64,000 nucleotides of DNA from positions 111,104,001 to 111,168,000 of the forward strand of contig OZ024740.1 in the NCBI GenBank assembly GCA_964016885.1, given 5' to 3'. This document shows positions 56,671 through 64,000 of the stretch, in pieces (the first letter of the stretch is position 1; every line of letters starts with the position of its first letter). The position numbers were made by a program, and so were the translations under genes. Source of the stretch: Eledone cirrhosa. Its lineage: Eukaryota. A model generated the notes under the pieces. That model ran no database searches, was not told the DNA's origin, and worked only from the letters and a program-made list of their open reading frames with translations.

Positions 56671-58178
56671 CTTTGATGATAGAATGACTTTTGCAATACA
56701 CTAAGCGATCCGTGATTGAGTGATTGATCGAATATGCATCAGGATAAACCCCGAAAAGTTAGTTATTTTATGAAAATACACATTACACACGCGCTCGCGC
56801 ATGCACCCACACACACACATTCACACGTGCGCGCACACACACACACGCGCGCGCACATACACACACACACACACATTCACACCCAAACAAACAAACACAC
56901 ACACACACACACACACATACACACATATATATAAACACGATAGTTACTAAAGATTACGTGATCTAACAAATTATGCAAATGGTAACTGCTAGTCTCTCGT
57001 CGGATTAATGCCTTATATTATTCACATTTTTCTTTTCATTGACTGACGAACTCGGCTTGGCAGTATCGGTAGAGGGTCGGACGCCATGCTCTGCAGCATA
57101 GAGTTACGGTCCTTTATGATCTGAGTTCAAATCCCGTCGAGGTTAACTTTGCCTTTCATCCTTACGGGGTCGATAAAATAAAGTACCAGTAATGCACTGG
57201 GTAATTGCTGGCCTTGTGCCAAAAGTAGAAACAATTAATTACTTAGCGGTAGAGCGTCAGACACCATGCATTGAGCTATGGCCCTTTACCTTCTGAGTTC
57301 AAATCCTGTCGAGGTTAACGTTGCCCTGCATGCTTACGGGGTCGATAAAATAAAGCACCAGTAATGCACTGGCGTCCATTTAATCGACTTTCCCGCATCG
57401 AACTGTTGGCCTCGTACCTAAACTAGAAACAATTATTTTTTCATAAGTGCCATATCTTGAACATCAGCACGCAGTTATGTGATCAGTGACACTCGCGAGT
57501 CTCTAGGTTGTAACATAAATATATCTTAACCCTACAAGACACACACATATGCACATACACACATGTACACACACACAAATATATATATATATATATATAC
57601 GTGTGTGTGTGTGTGTGTGTGTAAGTGTGTGTGTGTAAGTGTGTGTGTGTAAGTGTGTGTGTATGTGACCAACTATATAGCTATATTAAACTTGAATTGT
57701 AATTATGTCAGTGATTCCACTATGAAAGACACTGCAGAGAAACAGAGTGTCCAAGTCCAATGAGTTCTTAAGGAGCCACTATGTATGTGATAAACGTATG
57801 TGATGGGGTTAGTGTTGGTGGTGATGATGGTAGTGGTAGATGTGGGGTTTTGTTTGTTGCTGTTGTTGTGATGGAGGTGTAGATTTGATTATTGACTGCC
57901 ATTTTCAATGGTCATCATTACTGAAAAACACGATTTTCTTCTCAAATCACGCTTTCGAATCAAACCCTTCTATAATTTCGTCTCTAAACCTTCCTTACAT
58001 TCATTCCTCTCCACTCATCCCCCCCCCCCATTCTCCCCAACTCTCCGTATATACAGAGCTACACACGCACACATCCATTTATTGAAATATATATCCATCG
58101 AAATAACTGCCTACCTAGGAATGTAACTACCTACCTACTCACTTATATAACTATCTATCTATCTATCTATCTATCTAA

Positions 58179-58210
<32 letters not shown>

Positions 58211-58522
58211 AAAATTATCTATCTCTCTATCTATCTGTTTGTTACGGTCCGTCCACATATTCATATGTAAGAATGTATCTATGTTATGTATGTGTGTGCA
58301 TTGTACATATATGTATGTAAGTAGTTTCATTAAGGACAAGTTAGTGGCCTTTTACTCAGAAGAATCTGCTCCGTGATTACAGTATCAACTTACAGATCTT
58401 ACCTGAACCTGTAATCATACAAGAGTAACTCCAGCGTAACATCCTCTGACGCGGCATTAATATAACTATTATTCTACACTATGGTAGTGAGTACTGGCTT
58501 TTAAGATCGTCAGTACCTAACG

Positions 58523-58602
<80 letters not shown>

Positions 58603-58612
58603 CCCCTCTCTC

Positions 58613-58673
<61 letters not shown>

Positions 58674-60137
58674 GTATGTATCTATGTATCTATGTATTCA
58701 TACCGTCTGAGGTGAGCGCCCGCTGCTATGATTGTTTCAACCCACGGAATCTAAGATTCACTAAAACCCCATGTTTGTTAACCCTTTCGTTCAGTAGTTC
58801 TAATATACTGTACTTCAATTAATTAATGAAGACTTTTACTAAAATTATTAATAATTTCATGACTAAGATAGCAACGTAACGTATAAAATCATGTTGGGGG
58901 TATGAATTTAATGATGAAACGTTAAGTATGTGTGGTTTTGTTTCATAGAACCAAAACTGATTTTGGGTGATTTTGTTTGAAATATTAAAGTGACCCACAA
59001 AATAATTAAGACTCCAGCAACCGGGTCTGGATATATTTAGTCTTCATTTCCATAAAAACCAGGCTTCAATTCCTCTCCTGCTCACCGGACTTGATATCTC
59101 TTCATCAGAACATATACAACATCGATCACTCCATCTCAAACATCTCAAACAATAAAACTATTGCGTCGTCAAGTATGAAATTTGTAGAAATTTGATTCTT
59201 TTCTGAAAGTTTCTACAAGTTTCATACTTCAGACCCAATACTAACACTGCCATCACCCTCGCCATCACCACCAACACCACAAGCAACGTTACGCACAACA
59301 CCATCACCAAAACCACCATCACCACCACCACCACAACAACAACAACGCTGTCACTAGCACCACCACGATAAACGACGACGACCAGTACCACCACCAATAC
59401 AACCTCCACCAACACCACTACAACTAAACGACTCATCATCACCCAACCTCCCCCACCACCAACACCATCACCACCACCACCACCACCACCACCAATACAA
59501 CTTCCACCAACACCACCACAACTAAACGACTCATCATCACACCACCTCCCCCCCCCACCACCACCACCAATACAACTTCCACCAACACCACCACAACTAA
59601 ACGTCCCACCATCACGACAACCCTCCACCATCACCACCAACACCTCCACCACCAACAACAACCAACAACACCATCGCCACAACCACCACCACAACAACAA
59701 CAACACTATCACCAGGACCACTACGACAAAGACGATGACCACAAACACCACCACCACAACTAAACGATCCACCATCACGACGACTCCCCACCAACCCCAC
59801 TACCACTACCACCACCGATGCAACCTCCACCAACAATCCACTCTACAATCAACAACATGCCTTTCATCCACTGTAATCAATATCACTGCCAATAGCACCA
59901 TCAACAATAACACCACAATCAATACCCTCACATACTTGCTATATATACTAACATAAACACACACACATACACACATGCATACTTAGACAAATGCGCACAA
60001 ATACACATACACACATACACACACATACACACACACACATACACAAACTCACATGCACAAACACACAAACACACGCACAAAACAAAGAATCAAATCATAT
60101 CCGAAGATTGTAACCCAAAGGGAAAAGATTAGAATAA

Positions 60138-60282
<145 letters not shown>

Positions 60283-60283
60283 G

Positions 60284-60391
<108 letters not shown>

Positions 60392-60409
60392 ATATATATA
60401 TATATATGT

Positions 60410-60740
<331 letters not shown>

Positions 60741-60872
60741 TATATATATATGTGTGTATATATATATAATATATACATATATATTATATATATATACACA
60801 AATATATATATATATATATATATAAATATATATATTTGTGTATATATATATTATATATAAATAATAAATATA

Positions 60873-60945
<73 letters not shown>

Positions 60946-61495
60946 TCTATATATATATATGTATGTATCTATATATATAAATGTTTACGTAAAGATAGAC
61001 ATGGAATAATAATACATCAGAATAATTACATATATCAAGTGATTGCATCAGAAGAATGTCAGAATAAGAGAATATTGAATAGCAGAGCATTCTACTTACA
61101 CAGATGTCAATACCTGACAATATGGCTACATTGGTATTTGCATTATCTTGATATCATCTAGATTACATAGATTACATATGTATGTGTGTGTATGTATGTA
61201 TGTATTTATGTATGTATTTAAGTATGTATATATGTATTTATGTAAGCATGTATGTACATATGTATGTATGTAGGTATATATGCATGCGTATTTATGTATG
61301 TATATATGTGTGTGTATGTATGCATGCATATATGTATGTTTGTGTTCATATTTGGTTGGATGGATTTGTCTTCGCTTCCATGTATGCATGTATTGCAAGA
61401 GATCTCAACATGAATGGACCTGTTATTTTATCTAAGGACATTTTTTCCAATTCGATCCCGCCCGTCCCCTCAATCTAGTTTTATTTTTCATTCTT

Positions 61496-61531
61496 TCTTC
61501 TGATGAAAGACTAGCGTCTGAAACGTTAAGA
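61496..61531 (+). ncRNA. Minimal type I hammerhead ribozyme candidate (PLE-type)
   Basis: TCTT-CTGATGA-AAGAC-TAGC-GTCT-GAAAC-GTT-AAGA: 4-bp helix I, helix II, palindromic AACGTT helix III. Island ~61440-61618 ends in (CA)/(TA)n. Confidence 0.8.
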
Positions 61532-61633
61532 CCCTCTTCCGGCTATATCAAGCGTTAACCTAATATATACCTTCCATATACTGTACCGATTGTGTTGTTA
61601 TTACTGTATACCTTTTACACACACACACACACA

Positions 61634-61761
<128 letters not shown>

Positions 61762-61911
61762 GTATGTGCGTGTGTGTGTGTGTGTGGATATATGTCCACC
61801 CCGAGCACACAAACACGTAAAGATACATACAAACATTCAAAAACGCACTCACCAAGGTACACACAAACAAATATATATATATACACACATTTATATATAT
61901 ATATATATATA

Positions 61912-62290
61912 TGCGACCAAGAAACTCACTCAGATGGTGGATGGGTGCTACAGGAGAATGCTGAGGACGGCTCTGAACATTAATCAGTATACGCTGAGGA
62001 TGAAAACTCAGAGCTGTATGGGAGCCTCCCAAAAGTCAGCTCAAAAATGACACGGAGGAGACTGAGGTTAGATGGATATGCTCACCGACATCCAGGGTTG
62101 ATATTGCACTCAGTGCTCCTGTGGGAGCCCCTACATGGACACTCTGGGAAGAGGAAGACCAAGGTTAAAGTATGTTGATGCCCTAAGGACAGACACTGGT
62201 CTATTGGAGACGCAGGACATGGCAGCGTTAATGAGGGACAGAGACCGCTGAGAGAACTCGTCCATGGAACTCGGGAATTTTACCCGCCCT
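61912..62290 (+). mobile_element. RTE-type LINE 3' fragment
   Basis: DGCYRRMLRTALNI...ELYGSLPKVS...RRRLRL.GY..RHP...LLWEP.HG..GRGRP...YVD.L..DTG...MRDR, with frameshifts. Confidence 0.85.
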
Positions 62291-62451
62291 AGAAATATAT
62301 GCTACTAGTTGTTTTTCAATAGGTATATCAAAGATACTTTTTTCTATATCGTTTAAATTTGTATATACTCTGAGCTTAGTGTTCTTTGAGCTTCCTTTGT
62401 TGAGGATCTTAATCAATATACATTATATATGTATAGATTTACATAATTATA

Positions 62452-62609
<158 letters not shown>

Positions 62610-62616
62610 TATTTAC

Positions 62617-62663
<47 letters not shown>

Positions 62664-62913
62664 CAGACATACATACATGCATACATACATACATATATAT
62701 CTATATCTATCCCATCTTTTTCTCCTTCAGAAGATATGCCGAAATATAGCAACGATTCAGATATATGATATGTATGTCATCTACATTCACAATAATTGGT
62801 TCCAATAACAGACGGAAGTAGTTTACTATTAGATGTATTGATATAACCATACGTAACTATATTCTTCCGATGTTGAAGAGATGTAATTAACCATTGTCAG
62901 CAAGATTGCATAC

Positions 62914-62980
<67 letters not shown>

Positions 62981-62995
62981 GTATATATATGTATA

Positions 62996-63102
<107 letters not shown>

Positions 63103-63186
63103 GTATATTTATATATATATATATTGATGTGGATTTAACCCCAAAAAACTATTTCGAGCAATATAAGGAACACTTTTCATTATTTA

Positions 63187-63230
63187 TGCCCTTGAGAAGC
63201 CCAACTGGGCGAAACGTACGTAAGTGCTGT
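63187..63230 (+). ncRNA. Hammerhead candidate with U3-A8 covariation, in a TA-flanked island (63124-63285)
   Basis: TTGAGAA (63192-63198)-GCCC-AACT-GGGC-GAAAC-GTAC-GTA. Palindromic helix III, GUA site, degraded helix I. Confidence 0.65.
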
Positions 63231-63292
63231 TTTAAATAAACATGTTTTAACGCTCTATTCTCCGATTTTTTACTTTCCCACGTGTATGTATG

Positions 63293-63340
<48 letters not shown>

Positions 63341-63550
63341 GAAATGTATGTAATCTTGCTGAAATAGTTAATTACATCCCTTCAACATTGGAAGAATATA
63401 GTTACGTATGGTTTGTTTTATTATATCAATACATCTAATAGTAAACTACTTCCATGTTATAATATATGGCATTGCAATCAATTATTGTGAAAGTATATTT
63501 CGATTTATGCATCAAATACATGACTTACATGATATATATGTATATATATA

Positions 63551-63598
<48 letters not shown>

Positions 63599-63599
<1 letters not shown>

Positions 63600-63750
63600 G
63601 GAACCAGTAAGACCCCGACAGCTGAGCTCAAGCCGTTTCGACAGCTCAGCTGTCGGGGTCTTACTGGTTCCTGTTACCCACTCTACTACCTCAAGTATTG
63701 AGTACTTTGGTGCGTTATGGTCCACCTGGTTCCTTACCACATTTCCTTCG

Positions 63751-63752
<2 letters not shown>
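63599..63752. mobile_element. Fold-back mini-derivative of the PLE 3' end (family A)
   Basis: 30-bp perfect hairpin AGGAACCAGTAAGACCCCGACAGCTGAGCT / reverse complement, loop CAAGCCGTTTCGAC, tail as in 1976-2050. (TA)n flanks. Confidence 0.88.
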
Positions 63753-63791
<39 letters not shown>

Positions 63792-63906
63792 TCGTGATAT
63801 CTTCCTGAAGGTAGTATATATACATTGCAGATACATCTCCGATTTCTATCTTATGTAATATATACTATATATATATAAAGAGAGCTATATATAGATATAT
63901 ACACAT

Positions 63907-63938
<32 letters not shown>

Positions 63939-64000
63939 TATGTATGCGTATATATATGTACATATAACTCTAACAGGTCGATGATCATTAAAAACATGGA

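Noticed and set aside
56661-56745. Further HHR-like strings (TTGATGA...GAATATGCATC; also near 1893, 12346, 40007 and 59100)
   Set aside because: Two or more core mismatches or no pairing helices, so not counted among the candidates.

Overview
AT-rich, microsatellite-saturated animal DNA, most likely from an octopod cephalopod (inferred from the tRNA-derived SINE families and the repeat density). No intact host protein-coding gene can be supported, and almost all ORF-track entries are translations of simple repeats. Recognisable content: a near-full-length but frameshifted Penelope-like element (RT + C-terminal GIY-YIG) with an ~840-bp inverted pseudo-LTR (1976-5810); a truncated Helitron with intact 3' hairpin/CTAG (15852-18105); fragments of Tx1/L1-, CR1-, CRE- and RTE-type LINEs; many SINEs, including a tandem array; and a candidate hAT-like MITE. 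The main signal is that many short unique islands between (TA)n tracts are mini-elements carrying type I hammerhead ribozyme (HHR) cores or variants, about 15 motifs from roughly 10 mutually dissimilar families. Many are fold-back palindromes that turn around at or just upstream of the ribozyme. One is a 525-nt circularly permuted, retrozyme-like unit. All structures were folded by eye and none has been tested for activity.
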